DNA of 64,000 nt. Source: Octopus sinensis (Eukaryota). The notes beneath the pieces were generated by a model. That model did not search any database and had not been told where the DNA came from. It saw only the letters and a program-made list of their open reading frames with translations. The position numbers and the translations under genes are program-made. The first letter of the stretch is position 1. Every line of letters begins with the position of its first letter. Where the stretch lies: positions 78,058,001-78,122,000 of the forward strand of contig NC_042997.1 in assembly GCF_006345805.1 (NCBI RefSeq). Reading direction: 5' to 3'. Positions 11,347 through 24,470 of the stretch are shown one piece after another.

Positions 11347-11716
11347 AAGGGGAGTTGTATTAATTTACGAAAACTCTATTTACCTGCATATTTATGGTAG
11401 CAGAAATAAGATGACAATGAAATAATTGATAAACGAGCTAAAAGATGCTGAGACGGTATGAAAGAAACCATAAAAGAACTGATGACAATAAAATATGGTA
11501 AATGAGGTGATTATACAGGAGCCAATAAAATAAAATGGTAATAAAAGAACCGATAAAAATAAAATGAAAGAAATTATCAACAATAATCAAGGTATTTGTT
11601 AACACAAGATTTAAAAAGATTATCGTCACATTGTGCAGGACAAGTGGAAAGAAAGAGAGAGAGGGAGGGAGAGAGTGAGAACGGGGGATGGGGAGACAGA
11701 GAGAGGGGGAGTGAGG

Positions 11717-11756
<40 letters not shown>

Positions 11757-12941
11757 GAGAGATTGTCTGACAATTCAGCTTCTGTAAAAAGAAAACAAAG
11801 CTTTATGCATGGGATTGCATTTGCAGCGTGTCTGAGATATTCAGAAAACACGGATGAGATTCACTAAATTTTGCAAACTGTGTTCTGATGAGAAATTCTC
11901 GGCGTGACAGTAGCGGGAATTAAGCCCATCTGACCACCGCCCATGGTAATATCGGTAGGAATGAGCCACACTTGCAACATTTCTTCATTTGGTGATGAAA
12001 AGAGTTCATCACCAAATAGACTATAGACTGCATATTTGATTGACTGATTAATTGACTGATTGATTGATTGATAAGATAGTAAATGTTCAGAGGACCCACC
12101 CAAGTACCCCGCTGTAGAGTCAACTTTCTCTCACTCTTTCTTCCTACTTCTGTCACAAAGCAGAGGAACCATGGTGTAACCCACTATGATGTGGTAAACT
12201 TTCAGACCCTAGTCTAGATTGCGAATCCTCTGTACCCCAGGATGGCTCAGCTTTCCACCCGTTAAAAGCCACCGTTTACGGAATGAGGATAACAAAGTAA
12301 CTTTCGTGCCCGTGCAACCGCCAGTCTATCGCATGTGGTGGGTGAATCTTCAAGTTGCCACACGCATTCCTAGTAGGCTCGAATTAGAGATTATTCTTTG
12401 TGGCTAATGGCGTGAGTCCTGATTGGAAGAAGAAGACAGCAGCTTTAATAACAATTACAGCAACATTTCTGTCACATTAACAATACCAAGTAACATAGTT
12501 ACACTCCAATAGTAAGTAACGAACCTTATCAAATACTTTTCCAACTACAACTATTGTAAACCATACGTTGAACAGATACCCAAAACGAAAACGTAGCATT
12601 ATCAATCTAATATGTCACAATGAAATTCATAAAGTTAGATACCTCAAGGCCTGACAAATTACAATCATGCATGTTAAGCCCAAGATTTCACGGAAGTAAT
12701 TTATTCTGCAATACCTTCATGTATACTACCATATATTGTTTTAAGTAATTTGAAGGGCGGTTGAGTGCAGGTTTATTATAGAATGAGTCGGCTAAAATTT
12801 ACCTTGTTTTCAGCCAATATACTTACAGTTGGCGGTTGATGAAAGGTGTTTGCTTATGAAAGTTCATTCGTTCTTCGGCTTTTCGTATGATTAGCATGTT
12901 TGGGCTCAAAATTATAGTTTATTCATACACATATAAAGCAC

Positions 12942-13183
<242 letters not shown>

Positions 13184-13184
13184 A

Positions 13185-13529
13185 TATCTGATTCCGTCGA
13201 TGATATGGTGGATGAAATATTTCATAATCTTCTTCAGAATTACAACAATACAAATCGGATCTGTAAGCGAGCTGTCCTGGCTCCAAAAAATGTTGCTGTA
13301 CATAACATATATAATATGCTATTGAATTAACTTCCGGGCGAAGTATACGCTTATAACTCAATTGACTGGGTTGTAGACTACCCCATCGAATTTTTGAACT
13401 CACTAGAACCACAAGGTACAGCCCCTCATGTTCTTCAGTTGAAAGAATGGACTCCTATTATGCTATTACATAATTTGTTTCAACAAAAATTATGCAATGG
13501 TACAAGATTAATTGTGCACAAACTCATGA
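13185..13529 (+). mobile_element. Helitron RepHel helicase (PIF1-like) pseudogene fragment, cut off by a Penelope insertion
   Basis: Translates [72 protein letters not shown]. Confidence 0.88.
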
Positions 13530-14044
13530 GGCTTATAAATATTCTTATTTAGATCTAAGGATACATCCAGGAAATTGACAACCGTCAGGTTGGTGTCTGT
13601 AGTTATGATAAGACCGAAAGTTTTCATCATTTGGATAATGTCCTTCCCAAACCGATCTTGTACTGGTCCATTGGTATTTGCAGTTAAAATTAGGGCATCA
13701 TCTTTGTAAATGGCGAAATATACGCCTGGAAAAGTCTTGGCCAATTTATCGAGTAGGAATAGTCCAATGAGATTGCATGTACCCGCTCCATCATATGACC
13801 CCATGCTCACATCGAAAGCACCCTCTGCATCGGTAATCTTGACCCACTCTGCGTTCTCACTGAACATTAAAGTCTTTCTGACATGGAAGATTATATCATT
13901 ATCTTGTGTACTAATTTCTACAAATTCGCTCGCGAAGGTGAGGGCTTTATCTAGTAGTTCCTTACAGATAGAGGCATAGAAATCGACAATATCGAATTGC
14001 ATAAATCTCGCTTTATTCTTATTCTTAATAGCTTTAAACCAGTC
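13530..14044 (-). mobile_element. Penelope-like element 1, inverted RT segment
   Basis: Minus ORF DWFK..QFDIVDFYASI..MGSYDGA..IYKDDALI..VNFLDVSLDL, a PLE RT signature. Confidence 0.9.
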
Positions 14045-15840
14045 AACTGCAGATACCAACCTGACGGTTGTCAATTTCCTAGATGTATCCTTAGATCTAA
14101 ATAAGAATATTTATAAACCTTATAGGAAGCACAACGATAGACTTAGTTATATTAATGTGGGTTACTGCCATCCACCCATAGTGTTTATAAATTTTGTTAA
14201 AAACATTAGCTCCGATAGGAACATTTTTAATAGCACTGCCCCAGTATATAATAAGGCTCTAAAAGATAGTGGTTTTAGTGAAGAAATGACCTATACACCT
14301 CTCACCAAACCAATAATAAAGAGAAGGAAACATAAGAATAGGAAAACCATCTGGTTCACACCTCCCTACTCCCCCGAAGTGATCTTTGATAAAGGTAAGT
14401 ATTTCTTAGCACTGATAGATAGCCATTTTCAAGTCAACCATAGTTACAGAAAGCTCTTCAATAGACATAACTTAAAAATCAATTTCAGCTCAACTACTAA
14501 TTTTAAAAATATAATCGCACACAAAACGCAAAAACCACAAAATGAAACCAGCTGTTCATGCAGGGATAAAAATTTGTGCCCACTAAATGGGGCTTGCATG
14601 TCCGAGACCATCATTTATGAAGTCACTGTAGACTCTACAACCACTAAGGGCACAGTTTCGACAAAGAAATATGTGGGCCTTACGGAAGGAAATTTCAAGG
14701 CCCGGTTCAAAAATCATATCTTGAGCTTCAGGCACTGGGATAAAAGGAAAATGACCAAATTATCCAGTCATATATGGTCCTTAAAAGATAAAGGTGTAAC
14801 ATCCATTGGAAGATCTTAGCCAAGTGTAAGCCTTACACCAACGACAGTGGTAAGTGCGGTCTTTGTGATATGAAAAGATGGCTCATCTGGAAAAGCAGCT
14901 TAGATCCTGCTACATGTCTAAATTCAAGAACTGAACTTTTTGGATCATGTCCAAATATGGCTAAATATTTCTTACGTTATTGGTCCCGCCAAGATCACAG
15001 ATAGAGCTTGCTTTTTATATTATGTCTACGTACAGGCTTTTTATCTCTCCATACTTTTTATATATATTTCTTCTATTTTTAACATATTCTTTTACATATT
15101 TATCGACATATATTCTTATTGCTTTATATATTTTTACACATTTTCCCCTGTATTTTACCTTCCACTCTGCTTTATTCTTGAGCATGTGCGTATATAGACG
15201 TGTATATGAAATTTTTGTGCGCACGCGTGTGTGTGCGGGTATGTATGTATATGTATATGCACATGTGTATGGTTGCATATATACGTGGGAGTTCACGCGA
15301 GTCTAAGTGAGCATGTGCATATATAGCATGTATATATTTTAGACGTGCATTTGAATATAACTGTGTGCGTATGATTACGTGCACGTGTGTGTGTGTATGT
15401 GTGTGAGTGCGAGCGTATGTATTTGAATATAACTGTGAGCATATGGGTATGTGCACGTGTGTGTGTGTGTGTGTGAGTGTATGTTAGTGCGTGTTTGTGG
15501 ATTTGTATACGTGTACATGCATGGTTGCAGATATATGTGCATCTATTTGGCGCATGTGTGTGTTTCATAGGAGTCTGAGTGAGCATATACATATAGGCAC
15601 ATGTACGTGGTTGTGCGTGCGCGCATGTGTATGTATGTACATGCACGCACACGCAATTGCTTTCTTACTCCTTTACTTTTTACTTCCTCCCCTTCGGTTT
15701 TTTCCCTTATTTAACGGTCATTTTCATAGCATATTTTAATTGTCTCGATAACAGAAGAGATGCTGGTACAGTTTTCCGCCCCGACACCCGAAACTCGGAG
15801 TTTTATTATGGCAACCGAATAATTACCACCTGTCTTCGTC
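14045..15840 (+). mobile_element. Penelope-like element 1, RT thumb, GIY-YIG endonuclease and 3' UTR/pLTR
   Basis: Open frame 14046-14819 with NFLDVSLDL, WFTPPYS, CSCRDKNLCPLNGAC..IIY..KYVGLTEGNFKARFKNH; a frameshifted CGLC follows; the 3' region ends in an HHR-like motif. Confidence 0.88.
15747..15807 (+). ncRNA. Hammerhead-like motif (class B), core mutated to CAGAAGA
   Basis: GAUAA-CAGAAGA-G...C-GAAA-CUC-G-GA-GUU|UUAUU; stem II weak. Confidence 0.4.
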
Positions 15841-15878
15841 TTTTTTTTTTGTGACTTCTCCCTATATATATATAAATT

Positions 15879-15954
<76 letters not shown>

Positions 15955-15986
15955 AATATTATATGTGATAATTATTCGGTTGCCAG

Positions 15987-16047
15987 AATAAAACTCCGAG
16001 TTTCGGTTGTCGGGGCGGAAACCTGTACTAGCATCTCTTCAGTTATC
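15987..16047 (-). ncRNA. Hammerhead-like motif (class B) in an inverted pLTR copy (about 15962-16083)
   Basis: GAUAA-CUGAAGA-G...C-GAAA-CUCGGA-GUU|UUAUU; intact core boxes, stem II weak. Confidence 0.5.
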
Positions 16048-16081
16048 GAGGCAATTAAAATATGCTATGAAAATGACCGTT

Positions 16082-16083
<2 letters not shown>

Positions 16084-16150
<67 letters not shown>
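16084..16150. repeat. (CA)n microsatellite at the 3' end of the Hero-like LINE
   Basis: Direct reading. Confidence 0.98.
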
Positions 16151-16153
<3 letters not shown>

Positions 16154-17340
16154 TGTAGAAGAAATCACTGAGTGGGCCAGCAATCATCAGCTGAGTGCCG
16201 TGCTTCAACAAGATTTCGGCCCATTAAACTCAGTATCACTCCACACGGTGGGCCCACAACAGCTGGACGTATTGCGTTGCAACTGGACTCATGACAGTTC
16301 TCAGGCCTTATATGCATTCAGAAATCTCCTGGTAATCCAAGCACTACTCTCAACTGCTTTCTCCCCAAATTCCTTGAATGTCTTCCTCACACCAGATACA
16401 CCAGCCACCTTCAGAAACCTTCTGAGAGAAACTGCTGGGAAACCCTTACAGCCAACCTCGAAGGCAATCAGCTCACAGATGCAACCCTTCTCCTGAATCT
16501 CAGCTACCAGCTCTTCATAGCCCAACAACTTCCGCTCATGGACCTCAGCATTGCACTCCTCCCATAGCACAGTAAGCTCCCCAAAGACCACACATCTCTG
16601 ACCACCATCTACCAACACTAGGTCGGGCCGGAGTGCTGACACAACGATGCTTTCAGGTAATGGCTTGTCCACGAACACCTCCCATTTTTTGCCTTCGGCC
16701 TGCCGAGGTTTCTGTCTCTTTGGCATCACATCTTGCTTCACAAATGCTGTCTTGCACAAGCTCAGTTTAGGCACTTGACCCTCACTTGCAACTGAAGTAA
16801 CAAAGTTTAGCACTAAATTATGTCTAAATGTATATCATCAAGACTGGAGTGCTTTTGGGCAAGCTGACAATATGTGTTTGAGGCTGTCATACTTCCCACA
16901 CAAGTGGCACTGTGGACTCTCTTGGATACCCCATTTTTTGAGATTTGTTGACGGATTCACATCATACGCAGTTTGGATTAGAGCTTTCAAATGCCCTGCA
17001 CTGAACCGCCAACAATCAGACCACTTCAACTTCAGCTTTTCGACATCATCCCAATTCAGCTACCGACCCTGTTGTGCTTGTTGTGCTGCGTGACCCAGCC
17101 GCCTCTCATCTTCCAGCTGAATTACTTGTTATTCACGTAGCTTTCGCTGTTCTTGTTCACTTGACTCAGACCAGAACTGCTCTCGCTTGATAAGCCTCAC
17201 ATCAGTTCTGCCGTCTATAATCACTCCACTCACTTCAGCATGCTGGGCCATCTCATCAAGCTGCTGCATCGCCCTAGTGACCTTCCATTTCCTACTAGTG
17301 TTCAAATCTGGTGGATTGTCCTGGATCATAGTGTCCATGT
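16151..17340 (-). mobile_element. 5'-truncated Hero/NeSL-like (R2 superfamily) LINE: CCHC zinc finger and restriction-like endonuclease
   Basis: CHLCGKYDSLKHILSAC; LRPDLVL..FGELTVLWEE..HERKL..Y..L..FEVGCKGF. Confidence 0.85.
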
Positions 17341-18014
17341 ATGTTTTTGAGTGTATAGATAAAATAGTCGACTGATTCCTTAAAATACATTATACAGTTT
17401 CAGATAGTTGTTATTGCTAGTATTTGAAAGGTCAAGTGCACGTTCATTTGTTAATTTCCATTTCATAGGCTCACATATATCACAAACGCTTGAAGCCTTT
17501 ATTTTATTAGGGTTTCATTTGCATCTAAGATGTTAAAGAGGAACATTGAATTGACTTAACAGTTTATTTATTTTTTTCGATCTGGAAGGATGAAAAGTAA
17601 GATTGATCTCGGTAAGTTTTTAATTCATACTATAAATAGTCGTAATGAATTACCAGCGGCATTTTGTCCGACACTCTAACAATTATCCCAATAGACCTAA
17701 AACACCGAAGTCTACGATGTTGTATGGATCACTAGAAGAATCTTGTTACTTAAAGAAGCTTGATGCTTTCATGTTATACAGAGAAACTAAAAGCAATTTA
17801 ATACTTCAGTATTTAACTTCGTATTCAATTTTTGTTGTTTTTGATTGAAAAGTTTTGATTTATCGTTATTGTCTTACCTCTCTCAATCTAAAACTTACAG
17901 GTGAATTAGATTTACATTCAGAAACCAAGAATAGTTGAGTTGGTGGAAATTACAAGGGACACTACTTGAGTAGCCCATAAGAATTATCTCCCTTGCTTCA
18001 TTTTAACCTGTTGC

Positions 18015-18015
<1 letters not shown>

Positions 18016-18107
<92 letters not shown>
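18016..18107. repeat. (ATCT)n microsatellite
   Basis: Direct reading. Confidence 0.98.
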
Positions 18108-18279
18108 CCTAATCCTTGTTATGGCCATGGTAGAGCACCGAATATAGTACTTCTCGTTTTCTGTTTTGAGTGATTTGTAATTGCATATTCTGTGTTGCAA
18201 CTTTTTGTTACGTTTATACAACTTTTCTGGACGCTGGCATATGTATGTAGGCATATGTGTGTGTTTATACATATGTTTG

Positions 18280-18361
<82 letters not shown>

Positions 18362-18389
18362 TATGTGTGTGTGTGTGTGTATACATATG

Positions 18390-18421
<32 letters not shown>

Positions 18422-18464
18422 AGAATGCCATATTAGTATGGCGATAACTATTATATATATATAT

Positions 18465-18513
<49 letters not shown>

Positions 18514-18879
18514 TCAAATCTGTGTGAATATATGTGTGTATCTAAAAGGGGGTATGTGAATGTGTGTCTGTGTGCGCGTGTGTGTGTGTGCGTGTGTGCG
18601 TGTGGATGTGCGCATGTGCGCGCGCAATGGAAGTGGGATGGTTCATCTTTGTTCGCTTAGTATTTGAGTTTATTTTTTGTTTTAGTTGAATCTTGGTTGT
18701 TTTTGTTGTTGTTGTTAGTCAGTTATTTATATATATATATGCTAAGTTAATACTGCTCTGTTTTGAGTGACGGTGATTCAGTTGACTCAAGCAGCCTTGC
18801 TTCTTTGAACCCTCAGCATCTTCTTTCCGACATAACCTTCGACGCTACAAACATTACTAGCAGCAATAAAAGAAATCAA

Positions 18880-20340
18880 ATAAATCAAATCTGATTCAGC
18901 TGTGGGTCCTGACAGGTTTCCTGCTAGAGTGCTGAAGGAATGCAGACAGCAACTTGCAGCTCTTCTAGCAAATCTCTGGAGGAAATCATTGGATGCCAGT
19001 TTTATCCCTCAAAACCTTCTCTCCTAGTCAGTCGTTCCTATCTTTAAAAAATGGAATAAATCGCTCCCAATAAACTACTGTCCAATCTCACTCACCTCAC
19101 ATATCATCAAAATATTTAAGAGAGTGTTAAGATCAAGAATAACAGCCTTCCTAGAGCAAAATCATCTCCTAAATTGCAACCAGCATTGCTTTCGTGGTGG
19201 GAGGGACTGTCTAAGTGAGGGCTCTAACGCCAACGTCATATACATTGATTTCAGCTAGGCCTTTGACAGAGGTGACCCAATATACTGTTAAGGAAACTAT
19301 CCAACGTTAGAGTCGGTGGAAAGCTACTTCAATAGATTAAGTATTTCCTAAGAAACAGGACTCAGCATGTTGTGATTGATGGCATCCACTCAAGACCAGT
19401 AAAAGTCACCAGCGGAGTCCCGCAGGGTACTGTGCTGGGTCCACTTATTTTTATTGTCTATATCAATGACATTGCAGATTCCATTGAACATAGCACGATT
19501 AACATATTTACAGATGACTCTAAGCTTCAGATGCTTCAATCGGACCTATGCATAGTAACCCAGTGGGCACATCCCCCCCCCAAAACAAAACAAAACAAAA
19601 AACAATATGCAACTGAATGAAAAAAATTTGAGCTCATCTACTTTGGAAAAGAGGACACACTGAAACAACCATATACACTATCATCGGGATACCTTCTTGA
19701 ACCGTCGGATAATATCAGAGACTTGGGTGTAACTGTCAACAGCAACCTTAGCTGGAGTGTGCACATGAATAAAAAAGTTGATGTTGCTCGCAGAATGTGC
19801 TCATGGATCCTCAGAACTTTTCAATCTAGGGATCATGAAAGCATCATCCTTCTCTTCTTCACATTCGCCAGGCCCGCCTCGAATACTGCTGCTCATTGTA
19901 GTCCTCCTACAAAAAACAAGATATAATGAGGATCGAGGCGCCACAAAGATCAATCACTAAAAAGATAAATGGCATGATGTGACTTGATTATTGAGCTCGG
20001 CTTAAACAGCTGAAACTCTATTCTCTGAGCGATACATTATTTGCACCATGTAGAAAATATTCAGCTTATATTATCCAAATGATATTGGTATTATATTTAC
20101 AAGACTAGGCTCCCGTGCAATGCGTCCCCTAAAAAGGTCGAGATCACATCACATAAGAATATCGCGACACAATTTCTTCACTGCAAATGGTCCTGCCCTT
20201 TTCAATGTTATTCCGAAATAAATTAAAGTAGAAAAAACCCCACAACTTTCTCCAGAAAATACCGGATAAACCACCTACATCTGGATACTTCTTAGCTATC
20301 AACAACTCTCTGCTTGAGTGGTCCATGGTGTCGCGAAATA
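18880..20340 (+). mobile_element. Old, heavily degraded CR1-clade LINE RT region
   Basis: GPDxFP (near 18905), YIDFS*AFDR, SGVPQGTVLGPLIFIVYIND, FTDDSKL, LGVTVNSNLSW; many stops and frameshifts. Confidence 0.88.
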
Positions 20341-20745
20341 ATTAATTAAAACACTTTTCGAGGTCATCTCCTGGGCCAATAATGGCCAAAACCAATCTAC
20401 GTTATTCTAAGTTATATGTATCTATCTACTGGCTGTTTGTCGCATCGATTCCCGTAAGTTCAAGTAATTTCTCAGTTTTATTTATGTGTATCTATATTTA
20501 TCTTTGTTAAAAAGGTGCCTAACAACATGTTCGTGGCCTCGAGCGAGGCTTTCGCTTGAGAATTTATCCTTTAAGGGTGAATTTTCAAACTTTAAAATCT
20601 TATTTTATAAAGTATTTTCATCTGTCTGGTAAAACGGACAGTCCTTCTAAGACTGCCAGCGTACCATCCAGTGTTCCACTTAGAAATGAAGTTCCCATCA
20701 TTGCCATCATCGAAAACTTCGAACAACAATCAGAACATTGATGCA

Positions 20746-20790
<45 letters not shown>

Positions 20791-20869
20791 TTTTGAACAC
20801 CTATACGCATACTGACGCAAGCTTTTCTTCCGAACAAGTGGGAAGGGAAGGCAGAAAAATGAATACATT

Positions 20870-23420
20870 CATAAAACAATGAACTGTGCAACCACAGTTA
20901 TCACTTCTCCTGTCACTACCACTATCATCTCTCCTACCACTACCACTGTTACGAAGACTACTACAACGAACAACAATGCCATGGACAAACCAAATAATTT
21001 TGCTTCTATTCTAAAGCAAAAGAAATATTTAATGTCCTTCTCAACAGAAGAACTTCTACAGAGTAAACAAAGAACAGAGTAATTAAACTGAACCCCGCAC
21101 GAAGGAATTAGCAGGGCATTAAAAAAAACAACATAAGTTATAAAACCCTGAACATAAAACCTAAAAGACTGGAACAGACCACTCAACAAACAGTTGAAAA
21201 ATGTCTACAGCCCGTATGGGCTTATAAAAAATACATCGCAAGGGGTAAAGATTTGCCACGATCGAGGTAAGATTTGATACGGAAAGACGAATAAAGGAAC
21301 TCTCGACAAAAACTCTGGAATGCGGGGAATTTATACAGGGTAGGGAAGCAAAATTTACAATATTTTGAGACAGGGATTGAAAGACAGTGTATGACCAATT
21401 AGTTTATTGAAAGTCATGTGAATTTATTTGCCTCAAGAAAATTTACATAATAGAAAATGTTTTTATTCTATGTGTCCTCCTTTCTCAATAACTGCCATCA
21501 CACGCTTCCTGAAACTTGCACAAGTGTTCCTCAAATATTCGGGAGACAACTTTTCCTATTCTCCTTTAATAGTATCATTAAGAGAGTCGACATTGCTGTG
21601 TGATGTTGTATTGTAGCATATTCTAAAATGCCCCAAATAGCATAATCCAGAGGTTTTAGACCTGGGCTAAAAGGCGGCTATAAACATGATTCCAAAAAAT
21701 TTGCTCAAGTTGGATTTGCAGAAATCTTGTATTTTTCTAGCTGTGTGGGCTGGAGCTCCATCCTGTGTCCTTACGTAATTACCATCTGGGTAGTTTGCTT
21801 TAAGCCATGGCAATACCTGGTATCTCAGAGTCTTGTAGTAAGTATTAATATTGATATTTTCATCAGCTTTGTAGAATTTTATAGGCATTTTATTTCCATC
21901 GGAAGCCATAACTTGAGCAGGAGGTTTTGCTTTGAATGTCTCCTTAACCTCATCTGTCGATTTTGCGGTAAATCTGTCATTTCTGCGGTTCAGAACAGCA
22001 CAGCATCGACAGTGAAGATCTTTTCATCTGAAAAGGTCGTTAGAATGGAGGACTTTTTCTTGAACCATGTAATAATTTTCTTGCACCTTTCCAATCTCTT
22101 TTCCTTCATAACTGTTGTCAACAAGTGTTTTGGTGTTCTTGTGTAAGATTTTAACCTCAAATCATATTTTACTGCATTTCTAATAGTCTTGTTATCTACC
22201 TCAAGCTCAATTACCTTTTTCCTCATGGATTTGGTTGGATCCTTTAGGATTTTGGATTTGAGAGCTTTAATAAAAGCTTTGGTACGTTTTTTGTTGATTC
22301 CTCCACTTCCAGACTTCCTCGTAATAGTTTTGCTCATAGGCATTCTGTTCTTTACATTATAAACAGTCTTTATGGACTCTCCAACTATTCTTGAAATCTC
22401 CTTTGGTGTGACGAGTACATTCATCAAATCACACACTCTTTGGCGTTTGCTTTCCTGATTACTCATATGGGCAAAATTTTCTGAAAAGGTAATGATAATA
22501 GTGTTAAGTATGATTATGACATCAATATATGCTAGGTTTCAAAACAATTGACTTAGTGCCTGCTGAGAAAAAACAACTTAACATTCATTGTAAATTTTGC
22601 TTCCCCATCCTGTAATAATTCCCACTTACCTCGGTCATCGGGTGGCAAAGGTAAACATTAAAGATATGACCCCTGAAATAAAAATAAGATGGCTGGTGTC
22701 AGCCATCTGTTATGATTTTGAAGATCAAATTAAAATATTAGAAATCGCCGTCCAGGAACATTAAAACTGGATTGGACAGGGGTTAGATCTGTTGATTCAA
22801 GCAAATCAAGAAACAATTGAAAATCCCCCAGATTTAATTAAACTTCCAGATGGCATAACCCTACATGTGGCCGTTGAAGGCAGAAGGCCATGTTGCTACT
22901 TTTGTGGTAACAAAAACCATCTCAAAATAGACTGCTAATTAGCAAAAGAAGCAGAAGAAGAAGAAGAAGAAGAAGAACAACAACAACAACAACAACAACA
23001 GCAACAACAACAATTACAACAACTACAACAAGAACAACAGGAAAAAAACAACAACAAGAACAATAACAAAACCCAAAACCCAAAGGCAAACTAGCACTGC
23101 TACCCACACCCCCATCAGCACATCTGATAAAACAGCTCTACCACCAAATGAAAGAGTTCTATCAACCAACAAATCAGTCCAACCAAACAACACCACCATC
23201 AGTGCCACTAAGAACAGAAGCAACACTATCACCATCATCAACAACTACAGAAGCACAAAACTCAGAAGAAAAAAGTAAAAGACTAACCCCCTCATCCCCA
23301 ACAACCCATACTTGACATCCCAACAACCAGCAACCAAGATCAACAACAGCAATAACAAGAACAACAACACACTCACAAATCGATCCCAATACCCTTCCCC
23401 TCACTTTTTCTGATTCCTCC
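20870..23420 (+). mobile_element. Degraded Tx1-type ORF1 (gag-like, zinc knuckle) interrupted by a maT transposon
   Basis: EKCLQPVWAYKKYIARGK and ELSTKTLECGEFI before 21334 continue as IIPTYLGHR after 22614; VAVEGRRPCCYFCGNKNHLKIDC is a CCHC knuckle. Homologous to 23423-24470 and 62100-62650. Confidence 0.75.
21336..22612 (-). mobile_element. Full-length Tc1/mariner-superfamily DD37D (maT) transposon, frameshifted
   Basis: 26-bp TIRs CAGGGTAGGGAAGCAAAATTTACAAT / ATTGTAAATTTTGCTTCCCCATCCTG, TA on both sides. ORFs show HTH, FSDEKIFTVD and QDGAPAHT. DD37D spacing is inferred from the degraded C-terminal part. Confidence 0.9.
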
Positions 23421-23422
23421 AA

Positions 23423-24470
23423 CATGTCGTTTCAACTGGGTTTTAACTGGGGGATGGTGTGGGAAGATTTTTCTTGTTTGTCTGTGGTTGTTTTAGGTGT
23501 TTTTGTATGTGGAAGGGAGTCTGGGACTGAGGCGTTTTTTCTTTTAAACACAGAAGAAGAAACAGGATTCACTTTAGTGAATCCTGTTTCTTCTGTGTTT
23601 AATGTTTCTTGCCTTGTTGGTTCGCTTTCCTTGGGCACATCTGTTTGTTTTTTGGTTGTTTTTCTTTTTCTGTCGTTTCTTTGGATTTTTGTTGAGGAGG
23701 AGCCTCGTTCTTTTTCTTTTGACATCCTGAGCGGGCGTGGCCTTTTTCGCCGCACTTAAAACAGCGCGGACTACGTCCCTCAACGCTCACTTTCACGCTC
23801 AACCCCATTCTCTATGGACACCTTATCGGGAAGTCCTTCCAGAATTTCGGGGCTAGCTTGGACCACCATTTCCAGTGACTGGCCTTTCCAATTTTCGGCC
23901 TCCTTTTTCTATATTTGCAGAATAGATATTTATTCTTCAATGTCGTATAATACGGCTGCTACAATCCACAATACACCCAAACCAGCTGGAATTTCCTCCA
24001 CTTTAATTTTCGCCGTTCTCCAGCCTAGATAAATTAGCAGGAGAATTATCTCGTCATTTTTCAGTGTTAGCGTAGACAGTTCTTTTGCTGTACTTTCGTC
24101 AGCCAATTGTGCCTCCACTGTAGCACTTCTTCTGCGTCCAACATATTTTATTTTGTTCCAAATGGGCTGCATACACTTTTCAATTACTTCGTTTTTGACC
24201 ATACGTCTTATAGACCGCAGTTTTGGCAGCTATATTTTGTAGTATATCTTGGGGAGAAAGCAACTTGGTATCATTCCATATTTTTTCTATCATATTTCAA
24301 TATTTAAACAATTCTGCCATGGACACGTTCAAATTTACCATATTGCCCCCAACAGCAGCTGAAGAACTAGTTTTTTTCCTTTTGAACCTATTTTGTACTT
24401 TCTTTTCCGTTTTTTTTTTGCCTTTTCCATCTTTGGGAAGTCCGAAATTGACTCTAAGTCGAATTTCATA
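23423..24470 (-). mobile_element. Degraded Tx1-type ORF1, opposite orientation
   Basis: EKCMQPIWNKIKYVGRRR..ELSTLTLKNDEIILLLIYLGWR..VSVEGRSPRCFKCGEKGHARSGC. Confidence 0.78.

Noticed and set aside
14046-14819. Selenoprotein-type PLE (in-frame UGA), reported for some Naiad elements
   Set aside because: No in-frame TGA in the readable frames of either PLE; the breaks are frameshifts or TAA/TAG.
21667-22466. Functional transposase or RT genes anywhere in the window
   Set aside because: Every mobile-element ORF has stops, frameshifts or truncation; none is autonomous as assembled.
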